The notes: a model not told the origin generated them from the letters alone. Shown: positions 50,938-60,056, counted from the stretch's first letter. The stretch is DNA of 64,000 bases from Burkholderiaceae bacterium (GCA_036652035.1 JAVVWR010000005.1:2688-66687); one strand, 5' to 3'. Program-made: numbers and translations.

Positions 50938-52938
50938 TTGCCAGGAAAAATTCGCGGGGTCGGGCTCTCGCCTGAACACTCGCTGTCGATGATGGATCCG
51001 CTTTCTCCCCACACCGAACCGCAAGACGCCCGCGGCCCGCTGACTCGTTTCGGCCTCGGACTCGAATCACGCGCGCAGCGCGCAGCTGCTGTACAGGCGG
51101 GGGTGCTGGCAGCCGTCTTTCGCCAGGTTCCGGCGTCCTTGCTTGGCAACCTGGCCGGTGCTGCCTTGCTGGTGGTGGTGCTGTGGGGGGCGATTCCCCA
51201 GGCTTGGCTGGTCGGCTGGTTCGGTCTGGCGGCGCTTGAATCCTGGCTGCGCCTGCGCGCCGCGCGCGCGTTCACGGTCGATCCTGATCGAGTCGAGCGA
51301 ATCGGTGTCTGGCTCTCGCGCTGGGTGGCCTTGGCCGCGGGAGCCGGATTCGTCTGGGGGCTGGCCGGATACGGATTTTTCATCTCCGGCTCGCCACTGC
51401 AGGAGTTGCTGGTGGTCGTCCTGGTGCTGGGGGTGAGCTTTGGCTCTTTGCCGCTGTATGCCGGCTGGCGCCGCGCGTTCGACCTTTTCATGAGCCTGGC
51501 TCTGCTGCCGCTGGTGCTCCGCATGGCGGCCGAACAAGACCCCGCGTATTACACGGCCGCGGCGGTGGTCTTGGTGGTGTTCGCTTTCGCGCTGCTCTTT
51601 GGGCGACGGTTTGGCGCCACGGTGCGCGAATCGGTCAAGAACGATTTTGAAAACGAGCTTCTGGTCGAGCAGTTGCTCGCCGAGAAGCAGCTTGCCGAAG
51701 AAGCGCGGCGCGCGATCGAATCCGCCACCCGTGCGCGCTCCCAGTTCTTTGCCGCTGCCAGCCACGATCTGCGCCAGCCGCTGCAGGCGATCGGGATCTA
51801 CGTCTCGCTCCTGCGCAAACGCGCCGAGGCGGGTGCGCTGCCCCTGGTCAACAACCTGTCGTCATCGGTCGAATCGCTCTCGAAACTGGTCGAGGAATTG
51901 CTTGAGATCTCGCGCCTGGATTCGGGTGCGATCCAGCCCCGCATCGAACAGGTCGGGGTCGAGGATCTCTTCAACACGCTCGAGCAGGAGTTCGCGCCGA
52001 TTGCCGGCGCCCGCGGCTTGTCGCTGCGGGTGCGCCAGGTGCCGCGCGCGCTGCAGACCGATGTGCTGCTGCTCCAGCGCGTGCTGCGAAACCTGCTGGC
52101 CAATGCGATCCGTTACACCAACCGCGGTGGCGTTCTGCTGGCCGCGCGCGTGCGGTCCAGCGGCACCGTGATGATCGAAGTGTGGGACACGGGTGCGGGC
52201 ATTGCCGCGGTGGAAGGCGAGCGAATCTTCGAGGAGTTCTATCGCGGCGAAAGTTCCAAGGTCGAGAGCAGCGGTGCCGGCTTTGGCTTGGGCTTGTCGA
52301 TCGTGCGCCGGATCTGCGGACTGCTGCGTTTGCCCTTGTCGATGTCGTCCCGCCCGGGGCGCGGCACGGTGTTCCGGATCGAATTGCCGGCGAGCCTGGG
52401 CCCGCGTCGCCTGGGTCGCAGTGCGCCTGACGCGCCTCACTGGCTGTTGCGCCCGCTCCAAGGGGTGAGAGTCGCCCTGATCGAAGACAACCTCGAGATC
52501 CGCAACAGCCTGGCTCGTCTGCTGCGTTCGTGGGGGGCGCTGGAGATCTCCGCCAGTGGCTATAACGCGGCACTGATTCGGGGGCTGTCGATGCACGATC
52601 GGATCGACGTGATTCTGGCTGACCAGAATCTCGGGCCGCATTCGCCCAGCGGGGTCGAGACCGTCTTCCGGATGCGCGAGGTCCTGGGTTTTCCGGTGCC
52701 GGCGATCATTCTTACCGCCGTGCCAGCGAGCGAAGTGCTGGCCGAATTCGCCCGCGTCATGCGCGATCGGCTGGCCCTCAACCCGACGCTGGCTGAGGCG
52801 ATTGTCCGCAGCCGGGTCGAGGAGCCCATCGTGTTGCAAAAACCGACCACGCCGGCCGTGCTCAACAATGCGATCGTGGTGCAACTCGGCGGTGTTGGCG
52901 CCACCAGCGCCGCCGGCGAGAGTCAGATCGCGTCGTAG
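50938..52938 (+). CDS. Hybrid sensor histidine kinase (polytopic membrane sensor + HisKA + HATPase_c + C-terminal receiver)
   Basis: About 6 predicted TM helices in the first ~200 aa. H-box FFAAASHDLRQPLQ, N-box LANAIRYT, G-boxes DTGAGI/GFGLGLSI. Receiver region RVALIEDN...VILADQNLG...ILTA...LQKP. The true start could be ATG 50989/50992. Confidence 0.82.
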   Translation: MPGKIRGVGLSPEHSLSMMDPLSPHTEPQDARGPLTRFGLGLESRAQRAAAVQAGVLAAVFRQVPASLLGNLAGAALLVVVLWGAIPQAWLVGWFGLAALESWLRLRAARAFTVDPDRVERIGVWLSRWVALAAGAGFVWGLAGYGFFISGSPLQELLVVVLVLGVSFGSLPLYAGWRRAFDLFMSLALLPLVLRMAAEQDPAYYTAAAVVLVVFAFALLFGRRFGATVRESVKNDFENELLVEQLLAEKQLAEEARRAIESATRARSQFFAAASHDLRQPLQAIGIYVSLLRKRAEAGALPLVNNLSSSVESLSKLVEELLEISRLDSGAIQPRIEQVGVEDLFNTLEQEFAPIAGARGLSLRVRQVPRALQTDVLLLQRVLRNLLANAIRYTNRGGVLLAARVRSSGTVMIEVWDTGAGIAAVEGERIFEEFYRGESSKVESSGAGFGLGLSIVRRICGLLRLPLSMSSRPGRGTVFRIELPASLGPRRLGRSAPDAPHWLLRPLQGVRVALIEDNLEIRNSLARLLRSWGALEISASGYNAALIRGLSMHDRIDVILADQNLGPHSPSGVETVFRMREVLGFPVPAIILTAVPASEVLAEFARVMRDRLALNPTLAEAIVRSRVEEPIVLQKPTTPAVLNNAIVVQLGGVGATSAAGESQIAS

Positions 52939-53582
52939 CCGTGGCGGCGAGCGGCGAGCAGGGCTTCGGTGCGGTTGCTCGCGCCAAAGGCGCGGTAGAT
53001 CGCGGTCACGTGAGTCTTGACCGTGCCTTCCGAGAGATGGAGTTCGCGACAGATCTGCTTGATCGGGGCGCCGCGCGCCAAGAGATTCAGCACTTCCCGC
53101 TGGCGCTCGGTCAGATCGACCGCGCGGCCGGCCAGTGTGCTCACGGCCGGCGCGGGGGTTGCGAGCAGCCCTGAGCGCTGCGCTTCCTCGAGCAGATTGG
53201 ACGGGATGTAGACACCGCCGCCAAGAACGAAGCGGATGGCGGTGGCCAGCATGTCGGAATCCATGCTCTTGGGGACGAAACCGGCGGCGCCGAGTTGCAG
53301 GACGCGCATCACGCTGCGCTGGTCCTGCAGCCCCGAGAGCACCAGGATTTTCAGATCCGGGTAGTGCTCGACAAAGCTCTCGAGCAGGCTGGTGCCTTCC
53401 ACGCCCGGCAGCCCGAGGTCGAGCAAAAGCAGATCGGCGTCCTCGCCGTGGCGCGCGACCAGATCGGCCGCGGCCGTGGCGCTGGCGGCCGTGTGGACCT
53501 CGGCCGCGGGATCCAGATCGAGCAGCAATGCCGACAAGGCGGTGGTGATCAGCGCGTGATCGTCGACGATCAAAACCTTCAT
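52923..53582 (-). CDS. NarL/FixJ(LuxR)-family response regulator
   Basis: Start at ATG 53580-53582 (MKVLIVDDHALI...). Phospho-acceptor LLLLDLGLPG and a C-terminal HTH (LTERQREVLNLLARGAPIKQICRELHLSEGTVKTHV). The 3' end overlaps the kinase 3' end convergently by 16 nt. Confidence 0.88.
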   Translation of the reverse strand: MKVLIVDDHALITTALSALLLDLDPAAEVHTAASATAAADLVARHGEDADLLLLDLGLPGVEGTSLLESFVEHYPDLKILVLSGLQDQRSVMRVLQLGAAGFVPKSMDSDMLATAIRFVLGGGVYIPSNLLEEAQRSGLLATPAPAVSTLAGRAVDLTERQREVLNLLARGAPIKQICRELHLSEGTVKTHVTAIYRAFGASNRTEALLAARRHGYDAI

Positions 53583-53651
53583 GGGCAAGGGTCCCGGTTG
53601 AAAAGTCATTTTAGTGCGTGACGGCGCGAACGCCCGAACCTGTCGTCGCGC

Positions 53652-54872
53652 TTAGGCGTGAGGGCGCGGCTGCACCAGGGCGGCCGCCGCCTTGGCGCGA
53701 CGGCGGGCTTCATCGACCGTCTCGGCCTGGGCCAGAGCGACACCCATGCGGCGCTTGACGAAGGATTCGGGCTTGCCAAAGAGACGCAGCTCGGTGCCAG
53801 GAATCGCCAAGGCCTGTTCCACACCGGCGAAAGTCATGGCTTGGGCATCGGCGCCGCCGTAGATCACGGCGCTCGCCCCCGGGTTGCGCAGGCTGGTGTC
53901 AACCGGCAGGCCGAGCAGGGCGCGGGCGTGAAGTTCGAACTCGTTGGCCCACTGGGTGATCATCGTGACCATGCCGGTGTCGTGCGGGCGCGGGCTGACT
54001 TCCGAGAACCACACCTGATCGCCCTTGACGAAGAGTTCGACGCCAAACAGGCCCAGTCCGCCCAGCGCTTCGGTCACGCGGGCCGCGTAGTCCTCGGCCA
54101 GCGCCAGGGCCGCGCTCGGCATCGGTGCCGGCTGCCAGCTTTCGACGTAATCGCCGGCAACCTGGACATGGCCGATCGGTGCGCAGAAATGAGTCTCGAC
54201 CGCGCCCGCCGCATTGAGGGCGCGAACGGTGAGCAAGGTGATCTCGTAATCGAAATCGATGAAGCCTTCGACGATCACGCGGCCAAGCGCCACCCGCCCG
54301 CCGGCGTTGGCGTAGGCCCAGGCGGCTTCGATCTGGTCGGCCGAATCGATCTTGCTCTGGCCCTTGCCCGAGGACGACATCACCGGCTTGATCACGCACG
54401 GCAGACCGACGGCGGCGACCGCGGCGCGCACCTCGTCGAGCGAATCGGCAAAGCGATAAGGCGAGGTCGCCAGGCCGAGGTCCTCGGCGGCCAGGCGGCG
54501 GATGCCTTCGCGATTCATGGTCAGTTGCGCGGCGCGGGCGGTGGGCACCACGCGGGTCAGGCCTTCGCGCTCGATCTGCACCAGCGTGTCGGTGGCGATC
54601 GCTTCAATCTCGGGAACCACGATGTCGGGGCGCTCGGCTTCGATCAGCGCGCGTAGCGCGGCGCCATCGGTCATCGGCAACACATGCGAGCGGTGCGCGA
54701 CCTGCTGCGCCGGCGCGTTGGCGTAGCGGTCGGCGGCGATCACCTCGCAGCCCAGGCGTTGCAGAGCGATCGCGACTTCCTTGCCCAGTTCGCCCGAGCC
54801 CAGGAGCAGCACGCGAATCGCGGCGGAAGACAGAGGGGTGCCCAGCAGCGGGCGGGAGATCGGGGTCGACAT
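53652..54872 (-). CDS. purT: Formate-dependent phosphoribosylglycinamide formyltransferase (GAR transformylase 2)
   Basis: Start at ATG 54870-54872, preceded by [19 protein letters not shown] plus an ATP-grasp core ([14 protein letters not shown]). Confidence 0.9.
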   Translation of the reverse strand: MSTPISRPLLGTPLSSAAIRVLLLGSGELGKEVAIALQRLGCEVIAADRYANAPAQQVAHRSHVLPMTDGAALRALIEAERPDIVVPEIEAIATDTLVQIEREGLTRVVPTARAAQLTMNREGIRRLAAEDLGLATSPYRFADSLDEVRAAVAAVGLPCVIKPVMSSSGKGQSKIDSADQIEAAWAYANAGGRVALGRVIVEGFIDFDYEITLLTVRALNAAGAVETHFCAPIGHVQVAGDYVESWQPAPMPSAALALAEDYAARVTEALGGLGLFGVELFVKGDQVWFSEVSPRPHDTGMVTMITQWANEFELHARALLGLPVDTSLRNPGASAVIYGGADAQAMTFAGVEQALAIPGTELRLFGKPESFVKRRMGVALAQAETVDEARRRAKAAAALVQPRPHA

Positions 54873-54912
54873 GGTCATCCTTGGTGGCAAGAGTGAAACG
54901 GGTCTTGAAACG

Positions 54913-54936
54913 AAAAAGCCGGCCCAGGGCCGGCTT
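54913..54936 (-). terminator. Rho-independent terminator after the distal cytochrome c gene
   Basis: On the minus strand: AGCCGGCC-CTG-GGCCGGCT followed by TTTTT. Lies 19 nt after the stop at 54955. Confidence 0.7.
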
Positions 54937-54954
54937 CGATGGGCGTGGCGAAGC

Positions 54955-55236
54955 TTATTGCGCCAGCGTCCACTTGACGGCAGCGGCGACGTCAGCTTCG
55001 GAGCCCTTGGCGGCGGGGTGACCCTTGCCGGCCATCAGCTTGGCGACGAGTTCCTTCTCGGCGTCGGCCTTGCCCTTGAACTTCTGGGCGATCGTCTTGT
55101 ACGACGGGCCCATCTTCTTGGCGTCCAGAGCGTGGCAGGTGTTGCAGCCAAGCTTGGCGGTCGCGTCTTGGGCAAGAGCGGCACCGGTGGCGCCGAGCAT
55201 GGCGGTAGCAACCGCCGCAAAAACGATCTTCTTCAT
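54955..55236 (-). CDS. Small periplasmic class I c-type cytochrome (c551/c8-like), copy 2 in transcription order
   Basis: 93 aa. Signal peptide [23 protein letters not shown], a single CNTCH heme motif and [14 protein letters not shown] (compare c551 MVGPAYKDVAAKF). Confidence 0.85.
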   Translation of the reverse strand: MKKIVFAAVATAMLGATGAALAQDATAKLGCNTCHALDAKKMGPSYKTIAQKFKGKADAEKELVAKLMAGKGHPAAKGSEADVAAAVKWTLAQ

Positions 55237-55382
55237 CTCGTCTCCGGAGAAAAGGAACTGATTACTGTCTTCACGACAGCCGGGCCGCGAAGTGGCGCGA
55301 GTCTAGCTCTGTCAATGCCGATCAGGGCGGCGTCCGGAGTCCAGAAAATGCCGGATATCGGACCTGGATCAAAAAGGCTGCA

Positions 55383-55407
55383 GGGTCGGCGCCGAAGGCG
55401 CCAACCC
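55383..55407 (-). terminator. Possible terminator hairpin between the two cytochrome c genes
   Basis: On the minus strand: GGGTTGGCGCC-TTC-GGCGCCGACCC (one G.U pair), followed by TGCAGCCTTTTT. The T-run is displaced by 6 nt. Confidence 0.4.
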
Positions 55408-55421
55408 TGAGATCCGTGAAA

Positions 55422-55703
55422 TTACTGAGCCAGGATCCACTTGAGGGCCGACTCGACCTCGGGAACCGGCGCCTTGACGGCGGGGTGACCCTTGCCAGCG
55501 GTCAGCTTGGCCAGCAAATCCTTTTCGGCGTTGGCTTGGCCCTTGAACTTCTTGGCGATGTCCTGGTAGGACGGGCCCATCTTCTTCTTGTCCAGCGCGT
55601 GGCAGGTGTTGCAGCCCGGCTTTTGGGTCGCTTCCTGCGCGCTGACCGAGGCAGCGGATGCGATGGCGGCGATGGCAACAGCGATGATGGCGATCTTCTT
55701 CAT
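55422..55703 (-). CDS. Small periplasmic class I c-type cytochrome (c551/c8-like), copy 1 in transcription order
   Basis: Start re-picked at ATG 55701-55703, preceded by AGGGA (MKKIAIIAVAIAAIASAASVSAQ...). 93 aa with a CNTCH heme motif. Collinear without gaps to the 54955..55236 copy. Confidence 0.85.
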   Translation of the reverse strand: MKKIAIIAVAIAAIASAASVSAQEATQKPGCNTCHALDKKKMGPSYQDIAKKFKGQANAEKDLLAKLTAGKGHPAVKAPVPEVESALKWILAQ

Positions 55704-55848
55704 GTTGGATTCCCTGATGTTGAGTTCGGGCCAGGCCCGCTGGATCTTGACGCGTCGCACCGTGTGCTCGTGATCCGCGCCGGCTTCTAAAACGCTCGGT
55801 CAACGCGGCGGTTGACTCCGGCATTGCCCGCTTGGGGTTTTTATTGAT

Positions 55849-56331
55849 TTAAGGCAAGGCGGCGGGATCATGGCACGGCGGCGCGTCCGACGAAACCGGG
55901 GACGGTGCCGCTTCGGCGCGCTCGATAAAGGCGTCGACCATGCGGTCGGCGGCATGGTCGATGATCGAACCCGCGACCCGCTCGGCGCCGGGAAGCGACA
56001 GTTCGTAGGAAAGTGAAAAATCGACGCGGCAGCCCCGTTCGCCCAGGGGCTTCAATTCCCACAGGCCATGGAAGTGACGGAAGCTGCCGTCCTCGAGATG
56101 GATCTCCATCCGGCTGGGCCGGGTTTTGGGGTTGCGCGTGCGAACCTTGAAGTGCAGGTGTTTCCAGCCCACCTCGACGGTGGCGGCGACAAAATCTTCG
56201 CCGCGTTCGAATTGCGAGGTCGCCACGCACCAGGGCAGGAACTGCGGATAGTCCTCGACCCGGTCGATGGTCTCGAACATGCGTTCGGCCGATACGCCGA
56301 CCAGGGCACTGCGGTGAACTTGACGGCTCAT
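55849..56331 (-). CDS. RatA/COQ10-like SRPBCC (START-fold) protein, second paralog, last gene of the V-ATPase operon
   Basis: 160 aa. With the canonical ratA copy at 42674 it shares V.RS.LV..SAE.MFE, YPQFLPWC, L.DG.FR and G.W blocks. Its start overlaps the subunit D stop (ATGA at 56328-56331). Confidence 0.8.
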   Translation of the reverse strand: MSRQVHRSALVGVSAERMFETIDRVEDYPQFLPWCVATSQFERGEDFVAATVEVGWKHLHFKVRTRNPKTRPSRMEIHLEDGSFRHFHGLWELKPLGERGCRVDFSLSYELSLPGAERVAGSIIDHAADRMVDAFIERAEAAPSPVSSDAPPCHDPAALP

Positions 56332-56930
56332 GAGGCGCGAACTCCCAGGCGCATGGCGATCGCGTCTTCCCGCTCCAGGTCTTCGAGACGGGTTTCGAGT
56401 TCCAGCAGCGTGCCGTCGAGTTCGGGCAGCAGCACGTCGTGCAAGGCGCGGGCGCGGCGGATCGCGCGCCGGTATTCGGCCGCCAGACGTTCGAGGTTGG
56501 CGGCCACCGCGCCGAGCGCGGCGGCGGTGGCGGTGAGCGCGGCAAAGGCGGCGGCGCAGAGCTCGGCCTGGTGCGAGCGGATCAGCCCGGGCGGCAGCGG
56601 CGCATGGGCAGGGTAGTGGGCGGCAATGAGTTTCACGCCCATGAGGATACGGAGTTTGCTCGTGAGCGGCACTTCGCTCAGATCGGCTGGTGGATGCAGC
56701 TCAAGGCCTTCGAGCCCGTGCTGATGGATCGCGGCGGCCAGCGTTGCGGTGGCGGTCTGGTTTTGCTCGAGCAGTTGCTTTCTCAATTCAGCGTGGCGAG
56801 CCAACTCGCGCAGGATCTCACCGGCGAGCAATAGACATTTTTCGTCGAGAAACGAATAGCCGTCGGCCATCGCCCGGCGCTCCTCGCGAAACTCGAGGAT
56901 CTGGCTCCGGCTCGGTGCCGCCTCGCTCAT
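56328..56930 (-). CDS. ntpD: V/A-type ATP synthase subunit D (central stalk)
   Basis: 200 aa. PSRSQILEFREERRAMADGYSFLDEKCLLL resembles the subunit D N-terminal helix (ptr.eLl.lk...G..lL..Kr). The protein is a long helical hairpin and sits directly after B. Confidence 0.7.
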   Translation of the reverse strand: MSEAAPSRSQILEFREERRAMADGYSFLDEKCLLLAGEILRELARHAELRKQLLEQNQTATATLAAAIHQHGLEGLELHPPADLSEVPLTSKLRILMGVKLIAAHYPAHAPLPPGLIRSHQAELCAAAFAALTATAAALGAVAANLERLAAEYRRAIRRARALHDVLLPELDGTLLELETRLEDLEREDAIAMRLGVRAS

Positions 56931-58309
56931 GTGGCGGCTCCCAGGTGCTGGTCGATCTGCGCGTCCGACAGCCGGGTGAGCTCGCCGCGCGGCAGTGGCG
57001 CGAGCAGCTTCCAGCCGCAGGCCATGCTCTCGGCCAGTGTGCGCGGCGCGGCCTGTGAGACGAGTTCGGTCTCGAAGCGCTGACCAAAGCCCAGGTAGAG
57101 CCGGTCGGTCTCCGACAGCCCGTCCTCGCCCACCACGCTGGCGAGCACCCGGGTCTGAACCGAGCGCGCATAGGCCGCGTAGAGCTGGCTTGCCAGGCCC
57201 GGGTGATCGGGGTGGGTGTAGTGGCCACCGGTGCCGTCCTTCATCAGGCGCGACAGGCTGGGCAGCACATTGACCGGCGGGTAGACGCCGCGCCGGTCGA
57301 GGTCGCGGCCCAGCACGATCTGGCCTTCGGTGATGTAGCCGGTGAGGTCGGGAATCGGATGGGTGATGTCGTCCGAGGGCATCGAGAGGATCGACAACTG
57401 CGTGAGCGTTCCCGCGCTGCCGTGGAGGCAGCCGGCGCGCTCAAACAGCGTCGCGAGGTCCGAATACATATAGCCCGGGTAGCCCTTGCGGCTCGGGATT
57501 TCGCCCTTGGCGGCCGAGACCTCGCGCAGCGCCTCGCAGTAATTGGTCATGTCGGTGAGGATCACCAGCACATGCTTGCCTTCAACAAACGCCAGGTACT
57601 CGGCGGCGGTGAGCGCGTAGCGTGGCGTGAGCAGCCGCTGGGTCGATGAGTCGCTCGCCAGGTTAAGGAACAGCGCGGTGCGCGCCAGCGCGCCACCGGA
57701 TTCGAGCGCCTGGCGGAAGAACTCGGCCGAGTCGTGTGGCAGGCCAATGCCGGCAAACACCAGCGCGAACTCGCCCGCGGTGTCAGACAACAGCCGCGCG
57801 TTGCGCGCGATCTCGGCCGCAATCCGGTCGTGGGGAAGACCGCCGCCCGAGAAGATCGGCAGCTTCTGCCCGCGCACCAGGCTGTTCATCAGGTCGATCG
57901 CGGTCACGCCGGTCTCGATGAAGTCGCGCGGCATGGCGCGTGCCACCGGGTTCACGGGCAGGCCGTCGATCGGGTACTGGGCGCGCGTGGGCACGGGCGG
58001 GCCGCCGTCGATGACCTGGCCCACGCCGTTGAAGACACGCCCGAGCACGCCGGGGCCGATGCCAAACGAGAGCGGCTCGCCGCGAAAGCGCACCACGGTG
58101 TCGGGCAGCGCCAGGCCCGCGGTCGACTCGAGCACCTCGATCGTGAGCAGCGCTTCATCGATCGCCGCCACGCGGCCTAAACGCGCGCGGCCGTCGGCGC
58201 CGCGCACCTCGACCGCGTCGCCCAGACCCACATCGAGAGTCCGGCGCAAAAAGAGCAGGGGCCCGTCGAGCCGGGCTGCCGCTCCTTCAACCAGCAGGCG
58301 CGGTTGCAT
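56927..58309 (-). CDS. ntpB: V/A-type ATP synthase subunit B (non-catalytic)
   Basis: Start re-picked at ATG 58307-58309, preceded by GAAGGA. 460 aa with GPLLFLRR...VEV, RGQKLPIFSGGGLPHD, ILTDMTNYCEALREVS and PGYMYSDLATLFERAG. Confidence 0.9.
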   Translation of the reverse strand: MQPRLLVEGAAARLDGPLLFLRRTLDVGLGDAVEVRGADGRARLGRVAAIDEALLTIEVLESTAGLALPDTVVRFRGEPLSFGIGPGVLGRVFNGVGQVIDGGPPVPTRAQYPIDGLPVNPVARAMPRDFIETGVTAIDLMNSLVRGQKLPIFSGGGLPHDRIAAEIARNARLLSDTAGEFALVFAGIGLPHDSAEFFRQALESGGALARTALFLNLASDSSTQRLLTPRYALTAAEYLAFVEGKHVLVILTDMTNYCEALREVSAAKGEIPSRKGYPGYMYSDLATLFERAGCLHGSAGTLTQLSILSMPSDDITHPIPDLTGYITEGQIVLGRDLDRRGVYPPVNVLPSLSRLMKDGTGGHYTHPDHPGLASQLYAAYARSVQTRVLASVVGEDGLSETDRLYLGFGQRFETELVSQAAPRTLAESMACGWKLLAPLPRGELTRLSDAQIDQHLGAAT

Positions 58310-60056
58310 GACTGTCCTTCGCGTGAGTAAGGGCATGGAGCTCGGCGTCGATCCGCGCATCGAGCGCGGCAAAGGCGTCGAGCTCTTGGTTGCCGATGTC
58401 GTCGCCCATGCGGCGCAGCGCGCGCACGCAGGGCAGTTGAGCGATCTTCTCGGGCTTGGCCTCGAGCTCGAGCGCGGCCAGCGCCAGATCGGAAAAGCGC
58501 GCGAGCAGCTTCATCATCGCCGCCTGCTTGGCCGGGGCGGCCACCCGGTCCTTCTCCGAGAAGGCCGACTGCCGCAGAAAGGCGTCGTTGACGATCTCGG
58601 CCACCAGCAGCGTCAACTGCTGGCGCGGTGGCAGAGCGTCGCGGCCGATGATGCGCGCCATGCGTTCCAAGCGGGCCTGCTCGTCGAGCAGCGCCAGAAA
58701 GCGGGTTCTCAGCTCGGCCCAGTGGGCATTGCCTTGTTCGCTCCACCAGGCCGAAAAAAGCCGTGCGTCTTCCGAATAGGAAGAGAGCGGGTGGATCGCC
58801 GGGTAGAAGCGCGCCTGCGCGCGTTTGACGTCGAGCGCCCAGAAACTGCGCACAAAGCGCTTGGTGTGGCTGGTCACCGGCTCCGAGAAATCACCCGAAG
58901 GCGGGCTGATCGCCCCTATCACGGTCACGCTGCCGGTGGCGCCAGCGAGTGTCTCGACCACCGCCGCGCGCTCGTAGAAATCGGCCAGCCGGCTCGACAG
59001 ATACGCCGGGTAGCCGCCCTCGCCGGGCAGCTCGCCAAAGCGGCCCGAAACCTCGCGCAGCGCCTCGGCCCAGCGGCTGGTCGAGTCGGCCATCAGCGCT
59101 ACGTGCAGCCCCTGGTCGCGGAAGTACTCGGCCACCGTGATTGCGCTGTAGATGCTCGCCTCGCGCGCGGCCACCGGCATGTTCGAGGTGTTGGCGATGA
59201 TCACCGTGCGCTCCATCAGCGAGCGCCCGGTGCGCGGGTCTTCCAGTTGCGGGAACTCGGAGAGCAGGCCCGCCATCTCGTTGCCGCGCTCGCCGCAGCC
59301 CAGATACACGATCACGTCGGCATTGCAGCCCTTGGCAAGCGTCTCAAGCAACACGGTCTTGCCGGTGCCAAAGCCGCCCGGGATTGCCGCCTTGCCGCCC
59401 AGCGCCACGGGAAAGAGCGAATCCAGAATCCGCTGCCCGGTCACCAGCGGCGTGTTGCTCGCGATTCGCCGCCGCACCGGCCGTGGCTCGCGCACCGGCC
59501 AGCGGGTGCTCATCGCCAAGTCGTGCTCGGCGCCACCGGCGTCGCGCAGGCGGCAGACCATCACGTCGTCGCGTGCCGGCCCGCGTGCGGCAATGTCGAT
59601 CACCGTGCCATCTCTGTGCGGCGGCACCAAACAGGCTTGGGCGCGCAGCACCGGGTCGTGCGCATGGCCGAAGACCGCCCCGCCGGCCAGCTGCGCTCCG
59701 ATGCTCACGGCTGGAACGAATTCGAACTCGCGCGGCGGCAAGGGCCGCAGGCCGGGCTGGATCGTGTTGCTGCCCGTGTCTTGCAGCGGTCGCAGCAGGC
59801 CGTCGAAGATCCCGCCCAAAAGCCCCGGCCCGAGCGGAATCGCCAGTGGCAATCCGTCGCCGACCACCTGGGTTCCGGGGCGCAGGCCGGCGGTGTCTTC
59901 GTAGACCTGGACCAGGATCTCGTCGCCGTCGAGGCGAACCACCTCGCCCAGCAATTCGCGCGGCCCGACCCGCACCGCTTCTCGCATCGAAAAGGCGTCG
60001 CTGGTGTGGGCGCGCAACACCGGCCCGCTGATCCGGCGCACCGTGGCGGTCTTCAT
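58287..60056 (-). CDS. ntpA: V/A-type ATP synthase catalytic subunit A
   Basis: Start re-picked at ATG 60054-60056 (MKTATVRRISGPVLRA...). 589 aa with Walker A PGGFGTGKTV, catalytic CGERGNEM, MADSTSRWAEALREVS and the A-specific non-homologous insertion. Confidence 0.92.
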   Translation of the reverse strand: MKTATVRRISGPVLRAHTSDAFSMREAVRVGPRELLGEVVRLDGDEILVQVYEDTAGLRPGTQVVGDGLPLAIPLGPGLLGGIFDGLLRPLQDTGSNTIQPGLRPLPPREFEFVPAVSIGAQLAGGAVFGHAHDPVLRAQACLVPPHRDGTVIDIAARGPARDDVMVCRLRDAGGAEHDLAMSTRWPVREPRPVRRRIASNTPLVTGQRILDSLFPVALGGKAAIPGGFGTGKTVLLETLAKGCNADVIVYLGCGERGNEMAGLLSEFPQLEDPRTGRSLMERTVIIANTSNMPVAAREASIYSAITVAEYFRDQGLHVALMADSTSRWAEALREVSGRFGELPGEGGYPAYLSSRLADFYERAAVVETLAGATGSVTVIGAISPPSGDFSEPVTSHTKRFVRSFWALDVKRAQARFYPAIHPLSSYSEDARLFSAWWSEQGNAHWAELRTRFLALLDEQARLERMARIIGRDALPPRQQLTLLVAEIVNDAFLRQSAFSEKDRVAAPAKQAAMMKLLARFSDLALAALELEAKPEKIAQLPCVRALRRMGDDIGNQELDAFAALDARIDAELHALTHAKDSHATAPAG

